DNA from: Podarcis erhardii
Taxonomy: Eukaryota
Direction: 5' to 3' (one strand)
NCBI GenBank assembly: GCA_964252035.1
Contig: OZ176200.1
DNA length: 64,000 nucleotides
Shown here: piece by piece, positions 34,101 through 49,100 of the stretch
Numbering within the stretch: the stretch's first letter is position 1
How the letters are laid out: every line of letters begins with the position of its first letter
Notes under the pieces: model-generated
What the model was told of the DNA's origin: nothing
The model's database searches: none
The model's input: only the letters and a program-made list of their open reading frames with translations
Program-made: the position numbers and the translations under genes

Positions 34101-37100
34101 CAATGGTGGCTCTGTCATTACGAATTACATCGTGGAAAGGAAAGATGTTGCTGCTGCTCAATGGCTACCAATATCATCATCTTCTAAGAAACACAGTATG
34201 TTGGCTAAATACCTCATGGAAGGCACTCAATATCTCTTCCGTGTTGCTGCTGAGAACCAGTATGGAAGAGGTCCTTACGTTGAAACCCACAAGCCGATTA
34301 AGGCTATAGATCCACTTCGTAAGTACAGTTCACTTACTATTTTGTGTTCTTTTTTTTATTAAAAAAAAACAACCTTTGTCAACTGTGTTGATCTATACAA
34401 TGTGTATCAGCATTTGGAAATGTTTGTGTATAAAAATAGAAATGCTAATTCTGTTTTCATCTCATTTTAAAAGATCCTCCTGGCCCACCAAAGAACTTGC
34501 ATCATGTAGATGTTGACAGGACACAAGTGTCTCTTGTTTGGAATTGGCCTGATCGGGATGGTGGTGCTGAAATAACTGGATTTTTGGTGGAGTACCAAGA
34601 AGAAGGGAAAGAAGACTGGACAAAATTCAAAACAGTCCCTGTGCCAGAATGTGTTGTTACTGGTCTACAACAAGGGAAGATTTACAAATTCCGCGTAAAA
34701 GCCCAAAATATTGTGGGTCTTAGTCTTCCAGACACAACCATACCAATAGAGTGCCAAGAAAAAATAGGTAACCACTGAATTTGTATGACTGTTCACAGAT
34801 TTCATATTCACTGCTGAAATGTAACTCTTGTAATGGGGAAATATCTATAATATATGCATTATATTTTTTTTTATTTCAGTGCCACCATCAGTTGATCTAG
34901 ATGTGAAATTAATAGAAGGCCTTGTTGTTAAAGCTGGCAGCACAGTGCGGTTCCCTGCAATCATGAGAGGCGTACCTGTTCCCACTGCCAAATGGGTCAC
35001 TGATAATGTTGAAATCAAATCAGAAGGCAATTACAAGATTGATACTGATAATTACTCTACAGTTCTCACTATTCAAAGCTGCACAAGAAAAGACACTGGA
35101 GAATATCTGCTCACAGTATCCAATATAGCTGGAAGCAGAACTGTTCCTGTTCATCTAACAGTTTTGGATGTTCCTGGTCCTCCAACTGGCCCAATTGATA
35201 TTCTGGAAGTCACTCCCGATCATATGGTTATTGCTTGGCGACCTCCTAAAGATGATGGTGGAAGCGCTGTAATTAATTACATTGTTGAGAAACGAGAGAC
35301 AAGGAAAGAAACCTGGGGAGTGGTCTCTTCAGGGACTAATCAAACTAGAATTAAAATTCCACGTCTACAGAAGGGCTGTGAATATATTTTCCGAGTTTGT
35401 GCAGAGAATAAGATAGGCGTTGGTCCACCTCTTGATTCAAAACCAACAGTTGCCAAGGCTCTGCATGATCCACCATCTCCACCTGGTAAACCAGTAGTTA
35501 ATGATATTACAGAAAATGGTGCAACTGTATGTTGGACTGTGCCAAAATCTGATGGTGGAAGTCCAATAACTGGATACATACTTGAACGCCGTGAAATCTC
35601 AGGGAAATGGATACGTGTCAACAAATCTCCAGTGCTTGATCTGAAATTTAGAGCTACAGGCCTCTTTGAAGGCAGCACATATGAATTCCGTGTTTTTGCA
35701 GAAAACAGTGCTGGCATAAGCAAGCCATCTCCACCTTCTGATCCAATCAAAGCATCACGCCCTATGACACCTCCTGGACCTCCCATTAATCCAAAACTCA
35801 AGGATAAGACCAGGGAAACAGCTGAGCTAGTATGGACTAAGCCACTCAAAGATGGTGGTAGCCCCATCCTGGGATATGTTGTGGAATGCCAGAAAAGCGG
35901 AACTACTCAGTGGAATAGAATTAACAAAGATGAACTCATCAGACAATGTGCCTTTACAGTACCTGGGTTAATTGAAGGAAATGAATATAGATTCCGCATT
36001 AAAGCTGCTAATATTGTAGGAGAGGGAGAACCCAGAGAATTGCCAGAAACAGTTCTTGCCAAAGACATTCTCATGCCTCCAGAGGTAGAACTGGATTTGA
36101 CCTGCCGAGATGTAATTACTGTCAGAGTAGGCCAAACAATAAGGATTATAGGCAAAGTGAGGGGCAGACCAGATCCTGACATAACATGGTCTAGAGATGG
36201 CAAAAATATAACGAAAGATAAGCGTACTGACATAATTAATGAATTCCCTCATATAGAGCTGCAAATAAAACCTGCTGTAAGAGCAGACCATGGAAAATAC
36301 CTAATTACAGCTAAGAATAGCAGCGGACATGCCCAAGCATCAGCTATTGTTAATGTGCTTGATAGGCCAGGACCTTGCCAGAACCTGAAAGTAACCTATG
36401 TCACCAAAGATTCTTGCATGGTCTCTTGGGAGAATCCTGAAGATAACGGTGGCTCAGAAATTACAAACTATATAGTAGAGTATCGTCAACCAAACCAGAG
36501 AGGCTGGTCAATAGTTTCTTCTGATCTTACTAAGAGGATAGTGAAAGCACATCTCGTTGAAAATCATGAATACTTCTTCCGTGTTTGTGCAGAAAACAAA
36601 GTAGGTCCAGGTCCAGTTGTCGAGACCAAAACTCCAATCCTTGCTATTAACCCTATTGACAGGCCAGGTGAGCCTGAAAACCTTCACATTGCAGAAACAG
36701 GAAAGACATTTGTATATCTGAAATGGAGGAGACCAGACTACGATGGTGGCAGCCCCAACTTAACATACCATGTTGAAAGAAAACTGAAGGATTCCGATGA
36801 GTGGGAAAGAGTGCACAAAGGTAGCATTAAGGAAACACACTATATGGTTGACAAATGCGTTGAAAATAAAATTTATCAGTTCAGAGTTCAGACAAAGAAT
36901 GAAGGTGGGGAAAGTGACTGGGTGAAGACAAGTGAAGTTGTTGTTAAAGAAGAAATTCTGAAACCTGTACTTGATCTGAAGCTGTCTGGAGTACTGACTG
37001 TGAAAGCTGGTGAACCAATAAAAATTGTAGCAGGACTTAGAGGCAAGCCCCAACCAGAAGTATCTTGGGCAAAGGATTCTGCCGATCTATCCCAATCTCC

Positions 37101-40100
37101 ACGGGCCAAAATTGAAACAACTTCAGACTCATCTAAGTTCCTTCTCTCCAAAGCAAGGCGCACAGATGGTGGTAAATACGTTATTACTGCCACTAATCCA
37201 GCTGGTAGCTTTGTAGCATATGCTACTGTAAATGTTTTGGACAAACCAGGACCTGTCAGAAATTTGAAGGTGGCTGATGTTTCAAATGACCGATGCACAG
37301 TCAGCTGGGATGTACCTGAAGATGATGGTGGTTGTGAAATTCAGAACTACATTGTAGAGAAATGTGAAAGCAGACGAATGGTTTGGACTACATATTCCTC
37401 CTCTGTGCTAATGACCCATATACACGTAACACATCTCATTGAAGGCAATGAATATATATTCAGGGTCCGTGCAGAGAATAAAATGGGCACTGGTCCCCCA
37501 ACAGAGACTAAGCCAATTATAGCAAAAACAAAGTATAATAGACCTGGTCGTCCAGATCCTCCAGAAGTCACAAAGGTCAGCAAAGAAGAGATGACTGTAG
37601 TTTGGAATCCACCAGAATATGATGGTGGTAAATCAATCACAGGATATATATTAGAGAAGAAAGAAAAAAGGTCATTAAGGTGGGTTCCTGTTACCAAAAG
37701 TGCAATTCCAGAGAGACGCAAGAAAGTTACAAATCTCATTCCAGGATATGAATATCAGTTCCGTGTCAGGGCAGAAAATGAAATTGGAATTGGTGAACCA
37801 AGCTACCCATCAAAACCAACAATAGCGAAGGATCCAATAGGTACTGATCTTTCCAATATTTTTTTGTTAGTAATACTTCAATTTAAATTATCTTTCTCTG
37901 ATTCACTGATATGCTTACTTCTGTACTTTTCTGTCATCTTACAGAACCACCTGGTCCTCCCATTAATCTTAAGGTTGTTGATAGCACGAAGACCTCTATT
38001 ACTCTTGGATGGGGAAAGCCAGTCTATGATGGTGGTGCTCCTATTATTGGCTATGTGGTAGAAATGAGACCCAAAACTGAAAAAGCAGGTCCTGAGGAAG
38101 GATGGAAAAGATGCAATGTTGCTACACAAGTTATTCATACAGAATTTACAGTGACAAGCTTGGAGGAGAAAGAACTATATGAGTTCCGGGTTTCTGCCCA
38201 AAATCAAGTAGGCATTGGCCGGCCTGCTGATTTGAAAGAAGCTGTTTCTCCCAAAGAAATTCTTGGTAATTTTGCCAACAGGCCATTAAATTATTTGCTA
38301 TCTTAAAAATTGCTTTCAAAATCTAAACTTTTAATGTTCCTTTTCAGAACCTCCTGAAATCGATTTGGATGCAAGTCTGAGAAAGTTAGTCATAGTCAGA
38401 GCAGGATGCCCCATAAGACTTTTTGCCATTATTCGAGGGCGACCAGCACCTAAAGTTACCTGGAGGAAGGTGGGAATTGACAATGTGATCAGAAGAGGCC
38501 AGGTTGACCTGGTTGACACAATGGCCTTCTGCGTCATCCCCGATTCTACACGGGATGATTCAGGCAAATACACTTTGACAGTTGTTAACCCTGCTGGAGA
38601 AAAGGCAGTCTTTGTGAATGTCCGTGTCCTTGGTAAGTAATGTCAATAATTTTAACATCTATTAATTGTTGTTCTGTGATTTATGAATGTGTTATTCATT
38701 GCAGTTTCTTTTCCATGGGACTCTCCCCACTTACTTTGAATAATTGTGGCCTAATATTGGTTGTTTATTGTTTCCTTTCCTCCAATAGATACTCCTGGAC
38801 CTGTAGCAGAGCTTAGTGTCAAGGATGTCACAAAAACGTCCTGTCAGGTTTCATGGACTCCACCTGAAAATGACGGTGGTAGTCCTGTCACACATTACAT
38901 CGTGGAAAAACGTGAGGCTGAGAGAAAGACCTGGGCAAAACTTACCGATGATGTAAAGAAGACTAGTTTCAAGGTTTCTAATCTTATGCCAGGAACTGAG
39001 TATTTCTTCAGAGTCATTGCTGTCAATGAATATGGCCCTGGTGTTCCAAGGGACACACCCAAACCAATCCTGGCAACAGATCCGCTAAGTAAGTATTTGT
39101 TGATGTAGCTTCTGTATTATTTCATTCAGGAGATTCAGATTTTGTATGATAGTTCAGATAGTCAAAATCAGTTGTCACTGCGCTTAATAAATAAAAATAA
39201 TAATAAATAAATAAATAAATTCATTATTTATACCCTGCCCATCTGGCTGGGTTGCCCCGGCCACTCTGGGCAGCTTCCAACAAATACAAAAACACAATAA
39301 AACATCAAACACTAAAAAATTCCTGATACAACACTGCCTTCAGATGCCTTTAATTTCAGGTTGGGGGAACTCAGGCATTAACACTCAGAAATATCCCTGT
39401 GGCTTGGGGGTATTTTGAGGTGAGTGCTTTGACAATGTGTCTTGAGGTACATATTCGACTCACAAACCCAATCCTTGACTGGGGAGCAACAGAATGTAGA
39501 CAGACACATGCCCAAGGAACAAGAGGAATGCTTCCCTCATATTTATGAGATAACCTCACCTCCCTGCACTTATTTAATTGACTTGTTGTTTGACAGATCT
39601 TCTATTTGCTATATTTCAAAGAATATAACCTGTCCACAAATACATTGCCAGCTGAGTCTTCTTCCAGGGTGTGGAGGCAATGTGTGGATCACAAAAACAA
39701 TCAAACCAGAATAGAAGTACCGTATTGGCCTGAATATAAGCCTCACTTTTTCTCCCAAATTCTGACTGTGAAAAGTTAAAGTGTGACTTAAATTTGCGAC
39801 CTTACAAAAATTGGCTTTTACGATATTGCTGCTAAAGCAGATATACGGTAAAAAGGAAAGGGTGTGAGTGCCTGTGGAATTTTAAGGGAGCAGCTTATAT
39901 TCGGGTATTCTTTTTCTCTTTCCCCCTTGAATTTTAAAGGTGCGGCTTATAGTTGGGTGCGGCTTATATTCAGGCCAATACGGTACTACAAAGTTCAGAG
40001 AAACCACTGGTCTCATGACTTATGTATTCAAATGAAAAAATAAAATTGTACAATATATTCTGTGTCCCGTCCCCCCACTAATAAATCATGAGAAGATGTA

Positions 40101-43100
40101 ATGATCTTAGAAATTATGCCTGCCTGTTTTATTTTTAAGGTGAACCTGATCCTCCAAGGAAACTTGAAGTGACTGAAATCACAAAGAACAGTGCTACTTT
40201 AGGGTGGCTGCCACCGTTGCGTGACGGTGGTTCCAAAATTGATGGCTACATCATTGCATATCAAGAAGAGGGTCATGCTGAGGATCACTGGACACAGTAC
40301 TCCGTCGTCAAAGATCTTCATATTGTTGTTGCTGGCCTAAAGGAGGGAAAGAAATACAAATTTAGAGTGGCTGCAAGGAATGCTGTAGGAGTAAGCCAGC
40401 CAAAACAAACTGAAGGCATCTATGAAGTTAAAGAGCAACTGAGTAAGTAGCTAACTATGACCACTTGTACAATTGAAATATATTTTAAATTCAATTATTT
40501 TGATTTTGTATCTAAATTTGGATGTCACCTCTTAAAGATATTTAAAATTAGGTCCTGTCACATAATCTGATTCTTTAGTGACATTCCTTTTTTAATGGGT
40601 TTATCGGGGTTTTCCCAAAACAGCAACATACAAAGACATTCAAAAGGGTCTACAAAAAAACTTCACAAATAGGCTCGTTGGCTCTGAGATCTTCTGTAGC
40701 AAAGTATTAGGTGTTAATTCTGGCCTGAAGAGTACTGAATGTGGGTCCCAGGCCCAGAAGGCAGTTTCTTAATAGTTCGCTTCATTTATGCAGAAGTTTA
40801 CCTTAAAAATTTGTGCACCTCCCCATTATAAGATGTTGTGAAGCTTTCTGCATCCGAAGAATAGGACAGCTATACAGTTAATTAAATAAAATAGCACACT
40901 GCTCAGACCTTAGAATAAACCTACAAAAGAAGCTAGGAGGAAATGAAGCAGGGATATTATATTTCAAAGATATTAGGGGGAATACAAGTTATCGGGGCTA
41001 GTTCCTTGGTGACTATTTGAAAACAAACAGTTTTTGGTTGGTTTGGGGACGTAATATCAGACCTTTTGCCTTACTTCTGCAGAATATAGATCAGAAGTGG
41101 CTAGTCTGTGGCGTAGCCACACCTCCAGACACTGTTGGGCTGCAACTCTCATTTGCTGCAGCCAGCGTGGCCAGTGGCTATGGGTGTTGGAAGTTGCGGT
41201 CCAGCAACATTTGGAGAGTTGCAGGCTACCCCCAGACAAGAGCATGAAAGCTGTCAAGAGACTGACATTTGTTTTCGGGGGGGGGGGCAATGCATGGTAG
41301 TTTTAAGTAAGAATGATATCAGCTAAAGATTGTGAGAACTAATTCAAAATACATGCACATAAGTTATTAATTTTTGTGTGTGACCTACGTGTCTGTTTCC
41401 TATCGTTTGATTTTTAATTTCAGTGCCGCCTAAGATTCTGATGCCGGATCATGTCAATATAAAGGCTGGGCAGAAACTCAGGATTGAAGCACATGTTTAT
41501 GGGAAACCCCACCCGACTTGTAAATGGATGAAAGGAGACAAAGATGTGGCAATATCCAGCCGCCTGGCTGTGCATAAAGCAGACAGCACTTCAGTTCTCA
41601 TCATTAAAGATGTCATTAGGAAAGACAGTGATTATTACAGTCTAACAGCGGAAAACAGCTCGGGAGTAGCTACTCAGAAAATCAAAGTGGTCGTCATGGG
41701 TACATTGAATCTTCTCTTCCATGCTTACTTCTCAACATTCTCAACATGGTTCATCAATGAGCATGACCTTATTTATACCTGTATGTTTATCTCTTTCTGT
41801 AGATGTCCCTGGTCCACCACAGCCACCATTCGAAATTTCTGACATAGATGCTGATGCTTGCTCTTTGTCATGGCATACTCCTCTTGAAGACGGTGGTAGC
41901 AACATCACCAACTACGTGGTTGAGAAGTGTGATACCAGTCGAGGAGACTGGATAACAGTGGTAGCTTCTGTTACAAAGACGAATTGCAGAGTTGGAAAAC
42001 TCACCCCTGGAGAAGAATACATGTTCCGTGTTCGTGCTGAAAACCGATTTGGAATTTCTGAACCGCTTCCGTCCGATAAGATGATTGCAAGGTTTCCATT
42101 TGGTATGTCCACCTCAGACAGTGGTGCAGTCTTTATTAGAATACTTCTAAGGGTGAAATTATTTTTTAAATCTCATGTTTTTCTCTACAGATGTTCCTAG
42201 TGAACCAAAGAACGCACGTGTTACCAAGGTGAACAAGGACTGCGTTTTTGTGGCATGGGACAGGCCAGACAGCGATGGAGGCAGCCCAATAACTGGTTAT
42301 CTCATTGAACGTAAAGAAAGGAACAGTTTGCTTTGGGTGAAGGCCAATGATACACTTGTGCGATCCACAGAATACCCATGTGCAAATTTAATTGAAGGCC
42401 TTGAGTACACATTTAGAATCTATGCTCTGAATAAAGCTGGTGCAAGCAAGCCTAGCAAACCAACAGATTTTATTACAGCAAGAACACCAGTTGGTAAGCA
42501 AAACATTTGCATACATTGCATTATGTATAACTATTATTGTTAATACTGAGCCGACTTAAGTACCGTAACATTAGGAGAATATGGCCAAAGCTAAACTTTC
42601 TTAAACTGCACTGATTTCAACAAGTAAGGTAAGCATTTGCTTATTGAATTCCAATGGAAAGCCTTGATTTTGGCTAAATTGTGCCCAAAGTTTAATTTCT
42701 CTGGATTTAAAAAGAAAGAAAGAAATATACCATGTTTGTTCAGTGATATGCATCCTTTGTGTTGTGACATTTTCTATCAAATGCCGTAGAATAAACCTGA
42801 CCTCATTTGTTTTTAGATCCCCCTGGCAAACCCGAGGTTATTGATGTCACTAAGAGTACTGTGTCTCTTGTCTGGGCAAGACCAAAACATGATGGTGGTA
42901 GCAAGATACTTGGCTACTTTGTTGAATCCTGTAAACTGCCTGGAGAAAGATGGGTACGATGCAATACCACTCCCCATCAAATACCCCTGGAAGAGTACAC
43001 TGCAACTGGTCTGGAAGAAGGTGCACAGTATCAATTTAGAGCCATAGCAAAAACAGCAGTGAACATTAGCTGGCCTTCTGAACCTTCTGATCCAATAACC

Positions 43101-46100
43101 GTTCAGTCAGAAAATGGTAAGGAACGCATTTGAGTACCATTAGAATTGAGCCATACTTTTATCCTTCTCATGGTTATGTGCTCATTGGAATGTATTTTCC
43201 CCCCCTCCCCTTCTACATTTTTTTTTTACACTGCAGTACCACCAAAAATAGAACTCGGTGTAGCTATGAAATCCTTGCTTGTAGTAAAAGCTGGAACCAA
43301 TGTTTGTCTTGAGGCTAATGTGTTCGGCAAGCCTATGCCAACTATTAGTTGGAAGAAAGAAGGGGAGATCCTGAAACCAGTTGAAGGAGTCAAGATAACC
43401 ACCAAGAGAAATTTATCTACTGTGGAGCTCTTCAGCGTAAATAGAAAGCAAACAGGAGATTATACTATCACAGCTGAAAATGCAAGTGGTTCCAAGTCAG
43501 CAACTATTAAACTTAAAGTACTAGGTAGGCTAAAAGTTCATTTGAATCAGTGTATTTAAACTTCAGGAAATGTAGCAGTTGGAAGACTTCACTCACCGCC
43601 TAATTTTTCTTTCCCAGACAAGCCTGGTCCTCCAGCTTCAGTTAAGATTGTAAACATGTACACAGACCGAGCAATGCTTTCTTGGGAACCTCCTCTTGAA
43701 GATGGAGGCTCAGACATTACTAATTACATTGTCGACAAACGCGAAACAAGCAGACCCAACTGGGCTCAAGTCACCGCCAATGTCCCCATCACTAGCTGCA
43801 GCGTTGAGAAACTAATTGAAGGACATGAGTACCAATTCCGCATTTGTGCTGAAAACAAATATGGAGTAGGTGACCCCATTTTGACTGACTCAGCAGTGGC
43901 TAAGAATCCATATGGTAAGCTTCTCTCACTGGATTTTTCTACCCATTTAGTGTCAATCTATGTTTTAACATTTGCTTAAGAACATTTCAAATTATTATTT
44001 ATAGATGTGCCTGGACCATGTGAACCACCTATAATTAGTAACATAACAAAAGATTTCATGTCGGTAAGCTGGAAAGCACCTGCTGATGATGGCGGCTCCC
44101 CTATAACTGGATATATTGTTGAAAAACGTGAAACGAGGGCAGTTAACTGGACAAAAGTGAATAGAAAGCCCGTCATTGAAAGAACCATAAAAGCCACTGG
44201 ACTCCAGGAAGGAACAGAATATGAGTATAGGGTAACTGCACTGAATAAAGCTGGACCCGGCAAACCTAGCGGAGTATCTAAAGCAGTATATGCACGTGAT
44301 CCTCAGTGTAAGTTGAACACATGCACATTTTTCAGTCTTCTGTGACTTTGTGAGTGTGTGCAAATGGGTCTGCCAGATCATAATTGTGTAATTTCTTGGT
44401 GCTTTCCTTCTCAGATCCTCCTGGCCCACCAGCATTCCCAAAAGTGATTGACACCACCCGTAGCTCTATAACCCTGTCTTGGACCAAACCAGCATATGAT
44501 GGTGGAAGCCCTATTATTGGCTACCTTGTTGAAGTAAAACGAGCAGATACAGATAACTGGGTCCGGTGCAATTTGCCAAGGAATTTGCCAGATACCCGTT
44601 ACGTTGTGACTGGACTCACGGAGAACACAGAATACCAGTTCCGCATTTATGCTGTCAATAAGATTGGATATAGTGACCCAAGCGATGTGCCAGACAAGCA
44701 CCTTGCCAAGGACATTTTAAGTAAGTTGTCCTGAAAAGAAACTGACTTGTTGACTTTCATGCATATTGTAGGTGTCGGTATAGAAGGTTTAGTGGAGGGC
44801 CTATGAGAAACTGGGGCTCTGTGCTGAAATGTTTCATGAACTTACATATGTCTAGTCTTTAAACCACTATTCCCTCAGTTGTTAAAAATCACACAATCTA
44901 GCCACATGCTCCTCATTCTGCTCTGTTTCTAAAATTTTCTTGAGAATGGAATCCTCAGCTTTTCTTTCCAGCTGCACTATCATTGTTGTACATTTTCCTC
45001 TACCCAGAAACACACTTGCTCCTTCTCTGTCTTGTGTGAAAGAAAACAATGTCCTCCTTCTGAATAATAATGCAAAGGTATCATGTTTTGAGTGCAAGGC
45101 AAGCACACTTTCCCAATGGGAAGCTCCTAGATAGTTGTAGAAAAGTAGGGACCGCAACTTGACTGAAAGTGTAGAGTGGATTCTTCTCAAAACAAAGGGA
45201 GAGAAGAATATGAGAAACCACTGGTGTCTGGCTGGGTGGCATGAAAACTGGCAATTAGGGAAGGAAGGCTAGAGTAACATTTAGAGAGATTTCCTCTCTT
45301 TTACTCATCCGCATGCTTTTTCTAAAAAAGAAAAAAGAAAGCCTGAGCTTTATTCCCCCTAACATTGTATTTTTGTATTTTTTCTCTTTCCTTTCCATTC
45401 CCATCCTGCCTCAGCCACTGACACTGATTTTTTTAATTATATTTTAAATTGCTATCATCAGCAATTTATTTGACATCTACTTTTATTTACATTGCAGTTC
45501 CACCTGAGGGAGAGCTTGATGCTGAATTGAGGAAAGTTCTGGTATTACGTGCTGGAGTCACAATGAGGATTTATGTGCCAGTGAGAGGCCGTCCACCTCC
45601 CAAGATTTCTTGGTCTAAAGTGGATGCCAACATAAGAGACAGGCAAGGACTAGATATCAAATCAACTGACTTTGACACCTTCCTGCGCTGTGAAAATGTA
45701 AACAAATACGATTCTGGAAAATATGTCCTGAGTCTGGAGAACGTCTGTGGCAAAAAAGCATACACAATGGTTGTCAAAGTACTTGGTAAGTGCTACGTGA
45801 TTGCCTATTATGGTCTTAACTATCCATACATGTTTTATTTTATATATTTTAATCATTAACTGGAATGGTTTATTTACATCTGTACAGATACTCCTGGGCC
45901 ACCTATTAATCTGATTGTAAAAGAAGCATCTAAAGATTCTGCCTTTATTTCATGGGAACCTCCTATAATTGATGGCGGGAGTCCAGTGAAGAACTATGTG
46001 GTTGAAAAACGTGATGCAGAGAGAAAGTCGTGGTCTACAGTAGCCACAGAGTGTCCGAAAACAAGTTTCAGGATCTCTAACTTGGAGGAAGGCAAATCTT

Positions 46101-49100
46101 ACTTCTTCAGGGTTTTTGCTGAAAATGAATATGGCATTGGCGACCCCTGTGAAACTCGGGATGCGGTTAAAGCTTCTGGTGAGAATACTCACATGATTAC
46201 CCTATCAGGCTATTGTTAAAAGGCTCTTGTGCATCTAACTTTATATTAGCGATTTGTTCATCATTATATTCTTTTCTCCCTGCTAGAAACACCTGGACCT
46301 GTTGTGGACTTAAAGGCTTTGGCTGTGACAAAGTCATCCTGCAATGTATCATGGAAAAAGCCCATTAGCGATGGTGGAAGCCGCATTAATGCATATATCG
46401 TTGAACTTATGACTGGTGAAAATCAGTGGCAGGAAGTTATGAGGTCAAAGAATCTCCAGTATTCAACAAGAGACTTAACAGAAGGCAAAGAATATACCTT
46501 CAGAGTGAGAGCACAAAATGAAGCTGGGTATGGAACACCTAATGAAATTACAGTGCTGGCAAGGGACGATATAGGTGAGTAGATTCATACATTTTCTCGT
46601 TCACAGAGCACACTGCATATGTCAGTATAGTGAACGATAGAACTACCCCATGAGATAGCCATGCCAGTCTAATAAAGCAAAAATAGCAGAGGTGTCACAA
46701 AACCTTTCGTTCTTTTACAGAACAGAAGTTACTGAAATGAAGCAACTGTATTCACTGCACTGAACATACAATAATAATAATAATAATATAATAATTTATT
46801 ATTTATACTCCGCCCATCTGGCTGGGTCCCCCCAGCCACTCTGGGCGGCTTCCAACAAAACACTAAAATACAATAACCTATTAAACATTAAAAGCTTCCC
46901 TAAACAGGGCTGCCTTTAGATGTCTTCTAAAAGTTTGGTAGTTATTTTTCTCTTTGACATCTGGTGGGAGGGTGTTCCACAGGGCGGGCACCACTACCAA
47001 GAAGGCCCTCGGCGCTGGACCTCAGTGTCCGGGCTGAACGATGGAGGTGGAGACACTCCTTCAGGTATACTGGACCGAGGCCATTTAGGGCTTTAAAGGT
47101 CAGCACCAACACTTTGAATTGTGCTCGGAAATGTACATACAATCATTCAATACCTTTTTGTCTTCCAGTGGCACCTGATCTTGATTTAAAAGACCTGCCA
47201 GGCTTGTGCTATTTAGCTAGAGAAGGAAGCAGTTTCCGCCTGAAAATCCCTATTAAAGGCAAACCAGCACCAACGGTGACATGGAAAAAAGGTGAAGACC
47301 TGGCTCTTACTGAGTCGGGAAGAGTTGCATTTGAAGCTACAGCAGTTAACACCTCACTCCTTGTACGTGATTGTCATAAAGATGATGCTGGGAAATATAC
47401 AATCAAACTGAAGAACATTGCTGGCAGTAAAGAAGCGACTATTTCTGTGAAGGTTGTTGGCAAACCTGGAATCCCAACAGGACCTGTGAAATTTGATGAA
47501 GTCACAGCTGATGCCATGACATTAAAATGGGCTCCTCCCAAAGATGATGGTGGTTCAGAAATCACTAACTACATTATTGAGAAGAGAGACAATGTGAATA
47601 ATAAATGGGTCACATGTGTGTCTGCTGTGCAGAAAACTACCTTCAGAGTCACAAGACTTCATGAAGGCAGTGAATATACTTTCAGAATCAGTGCTGAAAA
47701 TAAATATGGAGTCGGCGAAGGTCTTAAATCTGACCCAATAATCGCAAGGCATCCATTTGGTAAGCACAAAAAATATGCTTGTTGTGAAGCATTCTGTCAT
47801 TTAAGGTTCAGTCTAATTCTCTCTTACATTTATTATATTTCTAGATGTTCCCGATGCTCCACCACCACCCAAAATTGTCGAGATTAGGCGTGATTCTGCC
47901 TATTTAACATGGACAGACCCCAAAAAGACAGGTGGCTCACCTATCACAGGTATTTCTTTTGACATTTAATTTTGCATAAGATTACCTAAGGTGTTAAATC
48001 CTAGGCTCACAAATGCCAATCATGATGTAACACATGTTCCTACCCTCCACCAGCTTTTGCAATGTCCAGACCCAACTAACGTCAAGGCTCTGGTGTCTGT
48101 AAGGCCCGAGGGAGAGGCATGTTGAGAAGCAGCTTAGATTCAAAGCCTTCCAGTGCCACAAATCAGGGTGATATTGAGCCGCATTTCCAATGGGAGGGGA
48201 AAATACAAGTGACAACAGAGTGTAGAGTGTTCCTCTGCCCTACTGGCTTAAGCCTGGCATGGCAATGGATAAGGCAGTGGAACTGTCTTCATATTTCACT
48301 GCCACCACCTCAGGATTGTACTGCAAAGCTTTTTAAGTAGCCAGTTGCCTGATGTCCTGCAATGGTGACAGAAACTGCTCAGAGATATCAGACAAGGATG
48401 CTTTTGCAAAATAAAAAAGTTGGTTCCTATCCACCCCCATTTTTGTTTACCTTTTGAAATACTAAGCATGTGTTTCCTGTGTTTGTATGCTTCTGTAGGT
48501 TACCACCTTGAATATAAAGAAAGAAATAGTATTTTGTGGAAGCGAGCAAACAAGACCCCATTAAAGATGAGAGACTTCAGAGTGACAGGGTTAACAGAAG
48601 GTTTGGAATATGAATTCAGAGTGATGGCAATCAATCTTGCTGGAGTTGGTAAACCAAGTCTGCCTTCTGAGCCAATTGTAGCCCTTGATCCAATTGGTAA
48701 GCTTCCCAAATTAAAGAGATAAGTCTTCATGTGTTAGAAAACTGTGATATACACTTTTTACTATTTCTGTATTCTGTTGTTTTCAGATCCTCCTGGGAAG
48801 CCTGAAGTTATCAGTGTGACTAGAAACTCAGTGACTCTGATCTGGACAGAACCAAAATATGATGGTGGACATAAATTAATTGGCTACATAGTGGAGAAAC
48901 GTGATCTACCTTCAAAGACTTGGATGAAGGCAAACCATGTGAATGTTCAGGAATGTGCATATACAGTAACTGACCTTTTTGAAGGATCTAAATATGAATT
49001 CAGGATTAGAGCTAAGAATACCGCTGGTGCTATTAGTCCTCCATCAGAATCTACTGGAGCCATTATATGCAAGGATGAGTATGGTACGTATTCCCTGTAA

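Larger units (their letters stand above)
13283..38265 (+). repeat. Protein-level 7-domain super-repeat (Ig-Fn-Fn-Ig-Fn-Fn-Fn) x6
   Basis: Repeat-initiating Ig domains start near 13283, 17737, 22901, 27928, 32849 and 36076. Confidence 0.88.
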
